From: Candidatus Bathyarchaeota archaeon
GTDB lineage: Archaea; Thermoproteota; Bathyarchaeia; 40CM-2-53-6
Direction of reading: 5' to 3'
DNA: 64,000 nt
NCBI GenBank assembly: GCA_963706285.1
Contig: CAVPLU010000003.1
Location: 32,001-96,000, forward strand
The notes below the pieces were generated by a model. It had not been told where the DNA came from, did not search any database, and saw nothing but the letters and a program-made list of their open reading frames with translations. Below are positions 1 to 9,818 of this stretch, one piece after another (the stretch's first letter is position 1; every line of letters starts with the position of its first letter). A program made the position numbers and the translations under genes.

Positions 1-107
1 GATCCAATTGCCTGAATGAAGCATATATTCCAAGAATTCCGGCATCCCGCTAACCAGGAGAATGAGAGAGTTGATATTTCGCCATTAGTGGATTTGACTG
101 ATTTCAC

Positions 108-560
108 ATGTATCGAGAATGGGTACCCGTCGGCAGACTCGTTCTGGCATTAACACTATTCTTCATTGGCCTTAGCGTATTCATTGTGGCCGCAAGCATA
201 GTTGCCGGAGAATCATCGGACATAGGTATAGGCACAACTCTGGTTCCTGTTATGTTCATCCTCGCGATCTTATGGAACTTCCGCGGCTTACGGATAGAGA
301 TCGATGATATTGGGGTGACGGTCAAGTATGGCATGCTGAACAGTAAGCGCATTCTTTTTGATGAGATAGTCTCATGTGAACCAGTAGAATCCACATTCGG
401 TAAGTATCTAGGGGTAGGGATCAGATATGGTAGAGACGGCTCATTTGCGTACACCACATCTTTCGGTTCAGCGGTGAAGATAAGTACGAAAGAGGGACGG
501 CCCTTCGTCTTCTCTACACACCATCCTGAAGACGTCTGCAGAGCTATCTTGAACGAATAG
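108..560 (+). CDS. Hypothetical membrane protein (2 TM helices plus PH-like soluble domain)
   Basis: 150-aa ORF with two hydrophobic helices, then a 'GVGIRYG...FVFSTHHPE' pattern typical of DUF3093/PH-like membrane proteins. Confidence 0.6.
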   Translation: MYREWVPVGRLVLALTLFFIGLSVFIVAASIVAGESSDIGIGTTLVPVMFILAILWNFRGLRIEIDDIGVTVKYGMLNSKRILFDEIVSCEPVESTFGKYLGVGIRYGRDGSFAYTTSFGSAVKISTKEGRPFVFSTHHPEDVCRAILNE

Positions 561-585
561 AATTCTCTTGAATTCGCCATTTTTC

Positions 586-790
586 AGGTGGTGGTGCGCA
601 CCAGCTGACCCGACGACGAACACCCCTCCTATGACGGTTCAAATTTGGGTGCCCACGCTAAGCGTACCGACGACGAAAACACGCCACTCCCATGCAGGTT
701 CAAATCTGACTGCCCGACCCAATTGTACCGACGACGCAAAGCGCCCCTCCCATACGACGTCCAGTTCTTCGATGACCGCACCAGGGAACA
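586..790 (+). repeat. Tandem array (3 units, ~60 bp) of the dispersed intergenic repeat family
   Basis: CCGACGACG starts at 610, 667 and 728. GGTTCAAAT lies at 636 and 697, preceded by the GGTGCGCACCA core. Confidence 0.85.
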
Positions 791-885
791 ACAATTCGGC
801 CGAGTATCGCAAGTCAGTCCAGGCAAAGCGACTTCATAGGAAGAACTCAACTGACAGTAAACGTACTAGGCTTTTTATGTGGTGA

Positions 886-1332
886 ATGAATTTGCCTGAG
901 AGGGATATTCCACTGCCCACGTCTCCGAACGAAAACATGAAGTCTCCCCCGTTTTTTGCTGCACATGATTTCATTGTTACCCATTACAAGGACTATAGCA
1001 TCTGGCTCTCGACTTTCGGTAGAAAGACCTGCAAACCACGACTCGTTCAAATATGGTTCGCCTTTGTGAACGATCATTTCTACGTATTTTCACGCGGTGG
1101 GCTTGGCTCTCAATGGGCCAAGAACGTCTTGAAGAACAACAGGGTGATCGTGAACCTTGCAGGAAAAGCCTTCCTTGGCACAGCTCGCCCGCTACGGGAC
1201 AATGACATGCGCGATGAAATCTACAAGTACTACAAAGGAAAATACAGGTTCTATCCCCAGACGTACATATTTTCTTGGAAGAAGAGAGTCCTGTTTGAAA
1301 TCGAACTTGAAGGGCTAGCTGACCTCACTTAA
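886..1332 (+). CDS. Split-barrel flavin/F420-binding protein (nitroreductase-like deazaflavin-dependent family)
   Basis: 'LSTFGRKTCKPRLVQIWF...SQWAKNVLKNNRV' matches the T-G-R-K-T-G-x-P-R...W..N pattern of DUF385/DDN-like proteins. Confidence 0.7.
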   Translation: MNLPERDIPLPTSPNENMKSPPFFAAHDFIVTHYKDYSIWLSTFGRKTCKPRLVQIWFAFVNDHFYVFSRGGLGSQWAKNVLKNNRVIVNLAGKAFLGTARPLRDNDMRDEIYKYYKGKYRFYPQTYIFSWKKRVLFEIELEGLADLT

Positions 1333-1423
1333 GGATAATGAAATCATCACACGACTCCCTCAAGACGTGTTGACAGTAGGGCAAACCTTGACAATCTGCA
1401 TGTGTGCGGATCGCTTGGTGATC

Positions 1424-1510
1424 GACGACGACGCACACTTCACGCGCGGCGACGACGAAAACGCCCCTCATGTCGGGTTCAAATCTTGCTGCCCGCGCGG
1501 TACCGACAGC
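1424..1510 (+). repeat. Copy of intergenic repeat family
   Basis: GACGACGAAAACGCCCCTCATGTCGGGTTCAAATCTTGCTGCCCGCGCGGTACCGAC closely matches the units at 610-727. Confidence 0.85.
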
Positions 1511-1799
1511 TTGGCAAGCTGTACGGGGGGTAATATTGCCGACTCTCGCAAGGGTTGAAGAATGTTTGGTCGTGCCACGTCGTCCTGTATGCTGAGTGGG
1601 GTCGTGAGATAGTTGATCGCTCAGCGAGGTTGCTTGTGGTTGCGTTTCTTGAGGTCTCGACTGTGATGCTTGCTCCAGAGCTACTCATCGCCAACTCGAG
1701 TAGGGCTTGAGCCAAGTGTCAACTCATCTCCACGAGGCGTCTTCTGGACACTCGTCAAGGAGGTCTTCTGGTCTCACTTCACACGGCGAGGATCAGTGG

Positions 1800-2488
1800 C
1801 GGCGGGCATGAGAATGGTTGCCCGTTCTGAATCCTGCTACCGGGTATTCAACGAGTGGAGCGTACCCACAGGCAGCGGAGCTGGATTTGGGATCTTTGTT
1901 GATGCTGGCTTCGTCTACTTCACGCAGGGCTATTACAACAAGATTGGGCGCTTGAGTGATATCGGTCCTGGCACTACGATTTATGCCAACTTGATTAGCA
2001 CTTCAGTTGCGACTTTAAGTCAGGTATCGACTGCGACAGGCACCTTCTTCTCAGCGGTCACCACGACGAGTGTGACCGCAAGCACAACGTCTGTGAGCCA
2101 CTCAACTGCCAGCGTCGCAACATCGCTGTCAGATGTTTTCCAAGCGCCGTACAGGACGACCACAGTGTCATATGTAACGAGCATTGCGATCATTGACGGT
2201 ACGTCGACGATTTACTCGACAATGGCCACGGTAAGCACGGTTGGAACCAGCACGTTAACCTCGTTCACCACTTCAACGACTACTTCTGGCGGAACCATAA
2301 TGCAGTTTGTAACTGAGACCCATACTGTATACGCGTACTTGCTGATGATACATAAGGCAATTGCACCTGTAGGCGGCTTCATCGAATCCGTCAACAAGCT
2401 CATGCTGCTTGTGTCGTGGCTTGCAGTCATCGGTGCAGTCGCTTGCATCGGCACCGTAGTCATGATCGTGAAGAAGCGTCGTCCGTAG
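1800..2488 (+). pseudogene. 5'-truncated/frameshifted surface protein: last Vgb-like propeller blade, S/T-rich linker, APVGG motif, TM anchor
   Basis: 'VFNEWSVP...FGIFVD...VYFTQ...NKIGRL' blade, then a Ser/Thr-rich stalk and 'APVGG...TM...KKRRP'. No clean start or signal peptide. Confidence 0.55.
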
Positions 2489-2489
2489 T

Positions 2490-2572
2490 TATTTGTGTGT
2501 GCCTCTAGTGGCGCAGGCGTCGGAATTTGAAGCGTTGATTTTGTGTGTACGCACCAAGGTACCCATGCACGA
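2490..2572 (-). repeat. Inverted-pair copy of intergenic repeat family
   Basis: Minus strand reads GTGCATGGGTACCTTGGTGCGTACACACAAAATCAACGCTTCAAATTCCGACGCCTGCGCCACTAGAGGCACACACAAAT. Confidence 0.85.
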
Positions 2573-2998
2573 TAGCAAGCGAGCACAATAGCCTCCCTCC
2601 TCCAGAATGCTGGACAAAAGGATCAATCAACGTCGTATTTCCGCAACATCTCGAGTGTAAGCTAGTAGGACGAACCATAGGCGAGATACTGCAACTTACG
2701 GACGAGACGCATGTGGGTCCATTAGAGTTCACGCCTGAATCGTTCCCTTTCCAGATCCCAGATCAGATCGAGATCGGAGAGGCCTATGCGGAAGACCCAG
2801 ACGAGTTTCGCTCGGCAAGAACCCCAACGAGCCCATTCTAAGGCTCCATATTATGGCGGTTCAGGTGTAGTTGGCACCAAAAATCTGAAATCCTCGCTAG
2901 CATACAGAATAGATGTCCTTCTCGGGCAAGATGTCCGCATATACGGAGGGGACTCGGTAACGGAATTGTTGGTATTCCTTTGGAGTGTGAGTAAATAA

Positions 2999-5506
2999 GT
3001 GATTTCAAAGAATATTGGTCTTGACTGCAGGCATGGTCGGTTTGAGAAGAAAGGTAAGTTTCTCCTCGTAGTATCGTTAACGTTGGTCCTAATCATTAGC
3101 AGTGGAAGTTTTCTTACATCAAACGTTCTTGGCCACGTGACTGGCAAGACGCTTCAGGGATGGGCGCCGACTCCGCCTTCAATCGATGGAGACATCGTCG
3201 CCTCGGAATGGCAGACCGCTGCGTCATCCACATTCTCCTTGACAATTGGAGGAAACCCTTACGCAGGCACATTGTATATCATGAACGATGCGACCAATCT
3301 GTACCTAGCAGTTGCGATAGCAGATCCGACCTTCAGCCCTGATCCCACACCTGACGCCGTCGCTTTCTACTTCGACAATAACCACAACGGTATCTATCAA
3401 CCAGGTGAGGATTCCGTCGCGCAGTACTCCGGGGTAACCGGGTTCAGGGACCGATTTTTGCAGGCGATCCCTACAATGGGAATTGATGTGGCTTTAGGTG
3501 GAACTACTGACGGGTCCGGAGCCTGTGCCGCACACGCCGGTAACAACCACTTTGAGATATCCCATCCTCTCAACTCATTCGATGATGCACATGATTTCAG
3601 CCTTGGCCCGCTGAGTACCGTCGGTTTCACTATGGGGTATGCCGATGCGGCAGTGGGACAGGACTATTGGCCAGCCATCGCCACGGAGAACACTACGACT
3701 TGGGGTGATATCGTAATTGCTTCAGCTCCTCAGACCATGATGGCGTGGGCTTCGACGCCACCAACCATCGATGGTGTTCTCGGAGCCACCGAGTGGACAG
3801 GCGCTGCCCACACATCCTTCTCGATCGGCTGGAGTTTCGTCGGTGACCTATGGGTCATGAACGACGCCACCAACCTATACGTGGCTGTCAAGATCGCAGA
3901 TACATCTCTCACAACCATGGACAGGCTTTACATCGCCTTTGACAACAACAATAATGGTGTTCGTGAAGCGGGAGATGACATACTTGGAGTAATGGGCGAT
4001 GGAGAATTCATGGATCTGTTTTGGGGCCCCACCACCAAGTTTGACAACTTCGAAGCAGGAAGCTCCGATGGTGAAGGCAAATCATCCGGCTCCGGCGGTT
4101 TCAACAGCTTCGAAATTAGTCACCCGCTCAACACAGCAGACAACGTACATGACTTCAGTCTGACTGCAGGGGACACGGTTGGCTTCGATTTGGAGTACTG
4201 GGAAGAGGCAACAGGATACTGGGGAGACTGGCCTTCCCTGAACGCCAGAAGCTGGGCACACATTATCGTCGCCTCAGCTTCAGTGCCTACACCGGATTTT
4301 GCACTAGCGTGCGCTCCATCACCATTGAGTTTGACTCAAGGCGGAAGTGGCACGAGCACATGCACAGTAACTTCGCTGAATGCGTTTAGCGCAGCAGTTG
4401 GGCTTTCAGGTTCATGGGTTGGGGCAGCACCATCTGGTGTCACACAAGCACTTCCAACGCCCATAACGCCTACCTCCGGCGGGAATGCAACATCAATCCT
4501 AACAGTCACAACCGCTGCTAGCTCCTCAACCGGGTCCTTCACGTTCAGAGTTACCGGAACAAGCGATGCGCTCACACACGCCGTGGATATACCAGTTCAG
4601 ATAAACTCCGGCGCAAGTGACTTCACAATTACCGTAAGCCCAGCTTCACTTTCACTTGGTCCCGCTGCATCCGGAACCACAACGATAACAGTACAATCCA
4701 TAGGAACATTCTCCGCGCCGGTAACCCTGACGGGTTCCGGACTCAGCGGGTTGAACTTGGCCCTCGGTACCAATCCAGTGATCCCCCCAGCAGGCGGAAT
4801 CGCTCAAGCAGTCCTCACCATCACAGTAGCTGGAGCGCCCATAGGATCGCACTCAGTGACGATTACAGGAGCAAGTGGCGCACTTGGTCACAGTACCACG
4901 CTTACCGTCGAAGTCACCGGCACCGGAGGAGGATGCTTGATTGCCACAGCCACCTACGGATCCGAACTTTCAGATGAAGTACAATTTCTCAGAGGCTTCC
5001 GCGACAATTCAATCATGAAGACAACCTCGGGATCCAGTTTCATGATCGCTTTCAACGCTTGGTACTACTCATTCAGCCCAACCTTCGCACAATTCATACG
5101 CGAACACTCAACCGCAAGAACCATCGCAAAGGCAACGCTCTATCCACTCATGGGTATCCTCAGATTGGGCGCCGCCACATTTCAGGTGTCTCCAGCGAAC
5201 CCTGAGGCAGGTGCAGTGCTGTCAGGGCTACTAGTAAGCTCGCTCATAGGAGTAGTTTACCTAGCTCCTCCACTGGCGATAGCACTTGTCTTCTCTTCAA
5301 GACTACGTCGAATCGCGAAGAAACTGCAGTTGCCTATTATGATGATCCTGTTCAGCACCATGATGGTTGTGTCTTTCGTCATGATTGTTGGCGCACCTGG
5401 CATACTGACTATGCTTGCAACGTCCGCAATTGTACTCTCAAGTCTGATTGCTTCGGGACTATTCGCTTCGCATGCAATCCTGCGTGCGGTGAAGGATCCC
5501 AAATAG
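2999..5506 (+). CDS. Cell-surface protein with two tandem CBM9/DOMON-like domains, two Ig-like repeats and a CFI-box-CTERM domain
   Basis: N-terminal hydrophobic signal, duplicated 'PPxIDG...EW...MNDATNLY.AV.IAD...FDNNxNG...FEISHPLN', and C-terminal 'GGGCLIATATYGSEL...LRGFRD...YYSFSP' with TM helices. Confidence 0.85.
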   Translation: MISKNIGLDCRHGRFEKKGKFLLVVSLTLVLIISSGSFLTSNVLGHVTGKTLQGWAPTPPSIDGDIVASEWQTAASSTFSLTIGGNPYAGTLYIMNDATNLYLAVAIADPTFSPDPTPDAVAFYFDNNHNGIYQPGEDSVAQYSGVTGFRDRFLQAIPTMGIDVALGGTTDGSGACAAHAGNNHFEISHPLNSFDDAHDFSLGPLSTVGFTMGYADAAVGQDYWPAIATENTTTWGDIVIASAPQTMMAWASTPPTIDGVLGATEWTGAAHTSFSIGWSFVGDLWVMNDATNLYVAVKIADTSLTTMDRLYIAFDNNNNGVREAGDDILGVMGDGEFMDLFWGPTTKFDNFEAGSSDGEGKSSGSGGFNSFEISHPLNTADNVHDFSLTAGDTVGFDLEYWEEATGYWGDWPSLNARSWAHIIVASASVPTPDFALACAPSPLSLTQGGSGTSTCTVTSLNAFSAAVGLSGSWVGAAPSGVTQALPTPITPTSGGNATSILTVTTAASSSTGSFTFRVTGTSDALTHAVDIPVQINSGASDFTITVSPASLSLGPAASGTTTITVQSIGTFSAPVTLTGSGLSGLNLALGTNPVIPPAGGIAQAVLTITVAGAPIGSHSVTITGASGALGHSTTLTVEVTGTGGGCLIATATYGSELSDEVQFLRGFRDNSIMKTTSGSSFMIAFNAWYYSFSPTFAQFIREHSTARTIAKATLYPLMGILRLGAATFQVSPANPEAGAVLSGLLVSSLIGVVYLAPPLAIALVFSSRLRRIAKKLQLPIMMILFSTMMVVSFVMIVGAPGILTMLATSAIVLSSLIASGLFASHAILRAVKDPK

Positions 5507-5509
5507 TCA

Positions 5510-5640
5510 ATGCGTGTAATGAGCCAGCGGTGGAGGACATTGTTGCGGCGGAATTCTACCCTCGTCGTTGAGGTATTTTGTATGTGTGCCACCAAGTAAC
5601 CCGACGACGATTCAAATACGCATTTCCGCGCCAAGTCTAC
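5510..5640. repeat. Copy of intergenic repeat family
   Basis: TTTTGTATGTGTGCCACCAAGTAACCCGACGACGATTCAAATACGCATTTCCGCGCCAAG, with a mirrored CGTCGTT on the left. Confidence 0.8.
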
Positions 5641-6004
5641 CGACATCGAATTCTCTTGCTGCTCCTGACGTGTCCAAGAATCCTCTAACGTCATGTTCGA
5701 ACCTGTTTCGTACCTTGACCACCAACCGGGATCCTGATCGCCTTGATTTGAGCGACTGTGTATGCCTCTTTGAGGCGTTCCACCATAGACCCCCCTTGGC
5801 GGCGGGTTTCGATTTTTTGGAGGGTTTGGGCATGGTTCTCAGCTTCACTGTTCGATTGGTAGCGAGGCTCTTGAGGGCGTTCTGGAGTACAAGAAGCCAA
5901 TGCCAAACTACGAGTGTTGTTCTGCCGGACAGCAAGGTCTCAAGAAATCATAGCACAAATCCTTCGCGCACTACCGGTGTTCTCGGTCTTGGCCGTTTCC
6001 TTAG

Positions 6005-6682
6005 ATGGATACGCTTTTCATCGTCAACGCGCTGTTTCTGGGCATGAGAGCAACAACCGTTCTAATTCTCCTATGTTTCGTTGCGAGTGTCTACGCGTGG
6101 ACCGCCAATCCCGTCATAGTGCAGAATGATCTCGTATTCAGCCTCACGAATCTGCAGGACGGAAGGGTCTGGACACTGTTTACAGCAATCTTCGTCCACG
6201 CCAATCTCCTTCACCTCTTAGGCAACATGATCTTCCTCTACGTGTTCGGTAACACGTTAGAAGGCGTCGCAGACACCAGACGGATGCTACTAGCATTCTT
6301 CTTAGGCGGAATCCTAAGTTTCCTGCTCAGCTTACCATTCTTCCCACCCGACGCAACATTCGTGGGCGCATCAGCGGCAATATTCACCCTCACAGCTGTT
6401 GTTATGTTGTTGAAGCCGCTCAGGTTCTCTTTCCTGTTACTCATGCCTGTCGGGCTAGTAGCGGTTCTATATTTCCTCTACAACGCCGTCGCCGTATACA
6501 CTCACCTACAGAGCGACGTAGCCTACATCTCACACATAATCGGCTTCACACTCGGGCTACCATTAGGAATCGCTTGGAGTCCACAATGGAAGAGGAATCT
6601 ACTGATCTCCATTGGACTCCTAATCGTATACTTCGTTATACTCTACTTGGTCACCACATATGTGCTACCCTTACTGCTCTGA
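6005..6682 (+). CDS. Rhomboid family intramembrane serine protease
   Basis: 'WTLFTAIFVHANLLHLLGNM', catalytic 'GASAA' and 'SHIIG' motifs, multiple TM helices. Confidence 0.92.
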   Translation: MDTLFIVNALFLGMRATTVLILLCFVASVYAWTANPVIVQNDLVFSLTNLQDGRVWTLFTAIFVHANLLHLLGNMIFLYVFGNTLEGVADTRRMLLAFFLGGILSFLLSLPFFPPDATFVGASAAIFTLTAVVMLLKPLRFSFLLLMPVGLVAVLYFLYNAVAVYTHLQSDVAYISHIIGFTLGLPLGIAWSPQWKRNLLISIGLLIVYFVILYLVTTYVLPLLL

Positions 6683-7027
6683 CTCTCTGGAAATTACTGT
6701 GGCCCACCGTACCGTTGAACTGAGGCCGCGACTTTTTCCTGATGAACCAGAACCGGATCCCCTCAACCGCATACTTGGAATCATTACTCAAGCGGGCGAG
6801 GCGTCATCTCTCATCAGTATCTGCTGCGGACGTGCCGAGAATTCAAGATGAAACGACGGGACGTGAAGAACCTGCCTTTAGCAGACAAAAGAAACATGAC
6901 ATATCCGTGGGTCGTTGTAATCTCAACTCTTACTTGTGCGTGTTTACATCACATGTATCTTACACGCAAAGCAATCGCTACCACGACAGCCTTTATTCCC
7001 AAAGTCCGGTTTGGCTGAACATTCGGT

Positions 7028-7063
7028 AATTGTGTGTGGGGCTAATGGTGCGCACACACAATT
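7028..7063 (+). repeat. Hairpin core of intergenic repeat family
   Basis: Perfect 11-bp inverted repeat AATTGTGTGTG-(GGGCTAATGGTGCG)-CACACACAATT. Confidence 0.9.
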
Positions 7064-7157
7064 GTGCTCGTCTCGCTCACAGCGACTTGTCAAGTTTTCA
7101 TTGTATCACGAAGATAAAAAAAGGAAAGAAAATGAGTTGAGAAGAAACTGAGCGGGG

Positions 7158-7550
7158 TCAGTGTTTCGCCTGTTTTGACATGTACTCTCCGGCTTGTGCG
7201 AACTGTTTCTTGAACTTTTCAAAGTCAACATTGGCCGCGTGCAGTATGGAGCTCCAACCAGTTGTGAATCTAGTGAGAAATGCGGTCTCGGCGATTTCAT
7301 CATCAGTAGCACCGTTCATTCTGGCGGCTCCTGTGTGGAAGTGAATACAGTACGGGCAATGGATTGCAGACGCGACCGCTAACCCCATAAGCTCACGGTA
7401 TTTGGCAGGTATCTTGGTTTCTCCGAAAGAGAACTTCTTCATCTCCGCCCATTCGTGAGGAAGTGCATCATGCGGAATCGCAGTGAATTGATCAAGCACT
7501 ATGCCCATAGTCTTCTTGATATCGGCAAGAGCATTTTCATATTCTCCCAT
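7158..7550 (-). CDS. Carboxymuconolactone decarboxylase/AhpD family protein
   Basis: 'KYRELMGLAVASAIHCPYCIHFH...GATDDEI', the AhpD CxxC core. Confidence 0.9.
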   Translation of the reverse strand: MGEYENALADIKKTMGIVLDQFTAIPHDALPHEWAEMKKFSFGETKIPAKYRELMGLAVASAIHCPYCIHFHTGAARMNGATDDEIAETAFLTRFTTGWSSILHAANVDFEKFKKQFAQAGEYMSKQAKH

Positions 7551-7644
7551 TCAATGTAACACCTCTGATACCCATCTTACCTTCGGGCGTTTCAGGTTTT
7601 CGGTATTTGCAAGTGTTTTTCATGTACTCTGCGGCAACAAAGAC

Positions 7645-7715
7645 AGCTTCGTCGTCGTTTGGTAGATGTGTGCACCATGAAGGCCGCACAGAGAGAAACG
7701 ACGATTTGAATCCGG
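7645..7715 (-). repeat. Copy of intergenic repeat family
   Basis: Minus strand reads CTGTGCGGCCTTCATGGTGCACACATCTACCAAACGACGACG. The plus strand continues AAACGACGATTTGAATCC. Confidence 0.7.
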
Positions 7716-7848
7716 ATAGCATGAAATCTGCCCATAGGTTTGATAGATCAGTACAAAATCCTCGAGTTAAGGCTGGCTAGATGCACGTTTATGCGAGTAC
7801 AGAACTTATACCGAAACAGACACCACTAGGCTTGGGATCGACTAGTAG

Positions 7849-8253
7849 ATGGCTTCAGTTCGAACAGCGGTCGGAATAGTTCTATCCATCATCGGCTTCG
7901 TCCTGCTGCTGTATGCCGGGTTGAACTTCAACAACCTCTTTTTCATTCAAGAAATGTTGACAGAAGCAGATATTCCAGCTTACGGCAGATCTGTAGCCGC
8001 GCCTGCGTTTCTGGCTCTATTGGTATTGTTGGACGGATCATTCGTGTTGGGTCTTAAGAGAGTCTTCAGTCTGAGCGTTCACGTTCTGGGTAACTTCGTC
8101 TGGTTGCTTGCGCTTCTCCAATTGGATCGGAACTTGGCCATGCCGATTACGGCTGTCTCAGCCTATCAACAGATCTTCTACCTAGTATTGGTGGGCGTGA
8201 TCTTCTTTATCGTGGGTGTCATAGTGAACGATATTCCACAACGCAAGAAATAG
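7849..8253 (+). CDS. Hypothetical membrane protein (about 4 TM)
   Basis: 134-aa ORF with four hydrophobic segments. Confidence 0.65.
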   Translation: MASVRTAVGIVLSIIGFVLLLYAGLNFNNLFFIQEMLTEADIPAYGRSVAAPAFLALLVLLDGSFVLGLKRVFSLSVHVLGNFVWLLALLQLDRNLAMPITAVSAYQQIFYLVLVGVIFFIVGVIVNDIPQRKK

Positions 8254-8309
8254 AGAATCATGAATTATGCAGATTGGAAGCTAACATTTCTACAAACGGA
8301 GTGTTGAAG

Positions 8310-8798
8310 ATGAAGGGCATAGTTGTTTATGACACCTCCTACGGAAACACCAAGAAAATCGCAGAGACAATCGCAGAGACACTAAAAGAGTCTGGAATAG
8401 AAGTTGATCTCTTCAACGTAAGAGACGTAAAGAAGTTAAGCGCAAAGGACTACGATTTCTTGGTTCTCGGTTCTCCGACCAAATTTGGCACAATGAGCTT
8501 TGCAATCAGATTCTTCTTGGGCAAGGTGAAGAGTGAGGAATGGATGAACAAGCCTTTCGCAGCCTTCGACACTGAAAATCCTGAGAACATGGAGAAGAAA
8601 GAATATAGTGCAGCCGAAAAGATTGCTGAAAAGCTCAAAGAGAAGAAGATGAACCAACTGTTGCCAGTTCTGAAAGCCGCTGTGTTGGGGCAAAAGGGAC
8701 CGCTTATAGAAGGCGAAATCGAGCGGACAAAAGACTATGCAAGGGAACTCGCCATTAAATTGAAGGAAGAAAAAGGTCTGAAGAACAATTTTTGTTGA
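8310..8798 (+). CDS. Flavodoxin family protein
   Basis: 'VVYDTSYGNTKKIAETIA...LVLGSPT...FAAFDT' FMN-binding motifs. Confidence 0.9.
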   Translation: MKGIVVYDTSYGNTKKIAETIAETLKESGIEVDLFNVRDVKKLSAKDYDFLVLGSPTKFGTMSFAIRFFLGKVKSEEWMNKPFAAFDTENPENMEKKEYSAAEKIAEKLKEKKMNQLLPVLKAAVLGQKGPLIEGEIERTKDYARELAIKLKEEKGLKNNFC

Positions 8799-8970
8799 GC
8801 GAGGAGAATTTCACGCGTAGACCAGCTCAAACGTCGCGAAAAGTCGAAGAGCCTCCTCCACGCTAAGATCATTCGCCGACGCTCAATGGTGATGACTTTG
8901 AGTGTTTGACTATGGTCATCAAAGCCACAACGCGTCAGAAGCGCCTTCTGACGGAGTCTATTCTAGGGCC

Positions 8971-9148
8971 TAGTGTGTGGGTTTAATGGTGCGCACCACC
9001 ACCAAAACTGCCTAAACGACAAGGGTTCAATTTACGATGCCCCCCAGCTGACTCACGCACTTTGGTGATCGTGCTAGCTTCGCTCTCAACACAAGTCTCA
9101 GGACAAGGACTGGATCCGACTGATCTCTCCCGCACCAAGGTACCGGGG
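8971..9148 (+). repeat. Multi-unit copy of intergenic repeat family
   Basis: GTGTGTGGGTTTAATGGTGCGCACCACCAC...AACGACAAGGGTTCAATT...CCCAGCTGACTCACGCAC, with a further unit ending CGCACCAAGGTACC at 9131-9144. Confidence 0.85.
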
Positions 9149-9674
9149 AAAACGGTTGCGTCTTCCTTGCATTTGCTGGTGTCATCGTGATAACGATGGG
9201 AGGCGCTTCGACGGCTTCTCTAAGCTTGTTTGAGCCTGTTGGAGTGTTGCTCATGGTTGCCGCTGCCTTCTGCTGGGCAGGCTATTCATTCTCGGCAAGA
9301 GGGTACTCCATGGTTACTCCAGCGCCGTTGCCACGTCTTGCGTGTTTCTGCTCGGCACGTTGTACTTGATTCCATTCGCGCTCGTTGAAGGCCACACAAG
9401 CCTCGTTCTGAATTCATCATGGATGACGTGGCTTAGCATCGTCTACCTAGCGATACCGAGCTCCGTGATCGCTTACATGCTTTGGAACCGCGCGATAAAA
9501 GAGATTGATATCACTAAACTCCTCGTCGCAATGTACGCCATACCAATACCAACAGCAATTCTCTCCTACCTATTCCTCGGGGAGAAGATAACATACTTCC
9601 TACTCCTCGGCGGAGCTCTCGTCATCATCGGAGTCTATCTGACAGGATCATCACGAAGCAACCACCACGCCTAG
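9149..9674 (+). pseudogene. EamA/DMT transporter, 5'-truncated (C-terminal half only)
   Basis: 'VFLAFAGVIVI...GVLLMVAAAFCWAGY...YLAIPSSVIAYMLWN...P..TAILSYLFLGE...GGALVIIGV'. The first EamA repeat is missing and there is an internal frameshift. Confidence 0.75.
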
Positions 9675-9818
9675 ATGCCTCTCAGGGAGAGGCGAGGAGA
9701 TTCTCGGAGGTCGCTGACTTTCGATCCGAACTCAACCGATTTGAGATCCCTAAGCTCTAAGGAGTCACCTATATCGACCGTCCACCGTTCTTAGAACGAG
9801 GAATCGCATACGAGGGAA

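Noticed and set aside
586-790. CRISPR array (about 60-bp periodicity)
   Set aside because: The units are degenerate along their whole length, with no identical repeat plus unique spacer structure. There are at most 3 units and no cas genes.
7028-7063. Xer/dif site (GGTGCGCA matches the start of the E. coli XerC arm)
   Set aside because: Only 8 bp match, with no TAA-N6-TTA core or XerD-like arm. This is probably coincidence.
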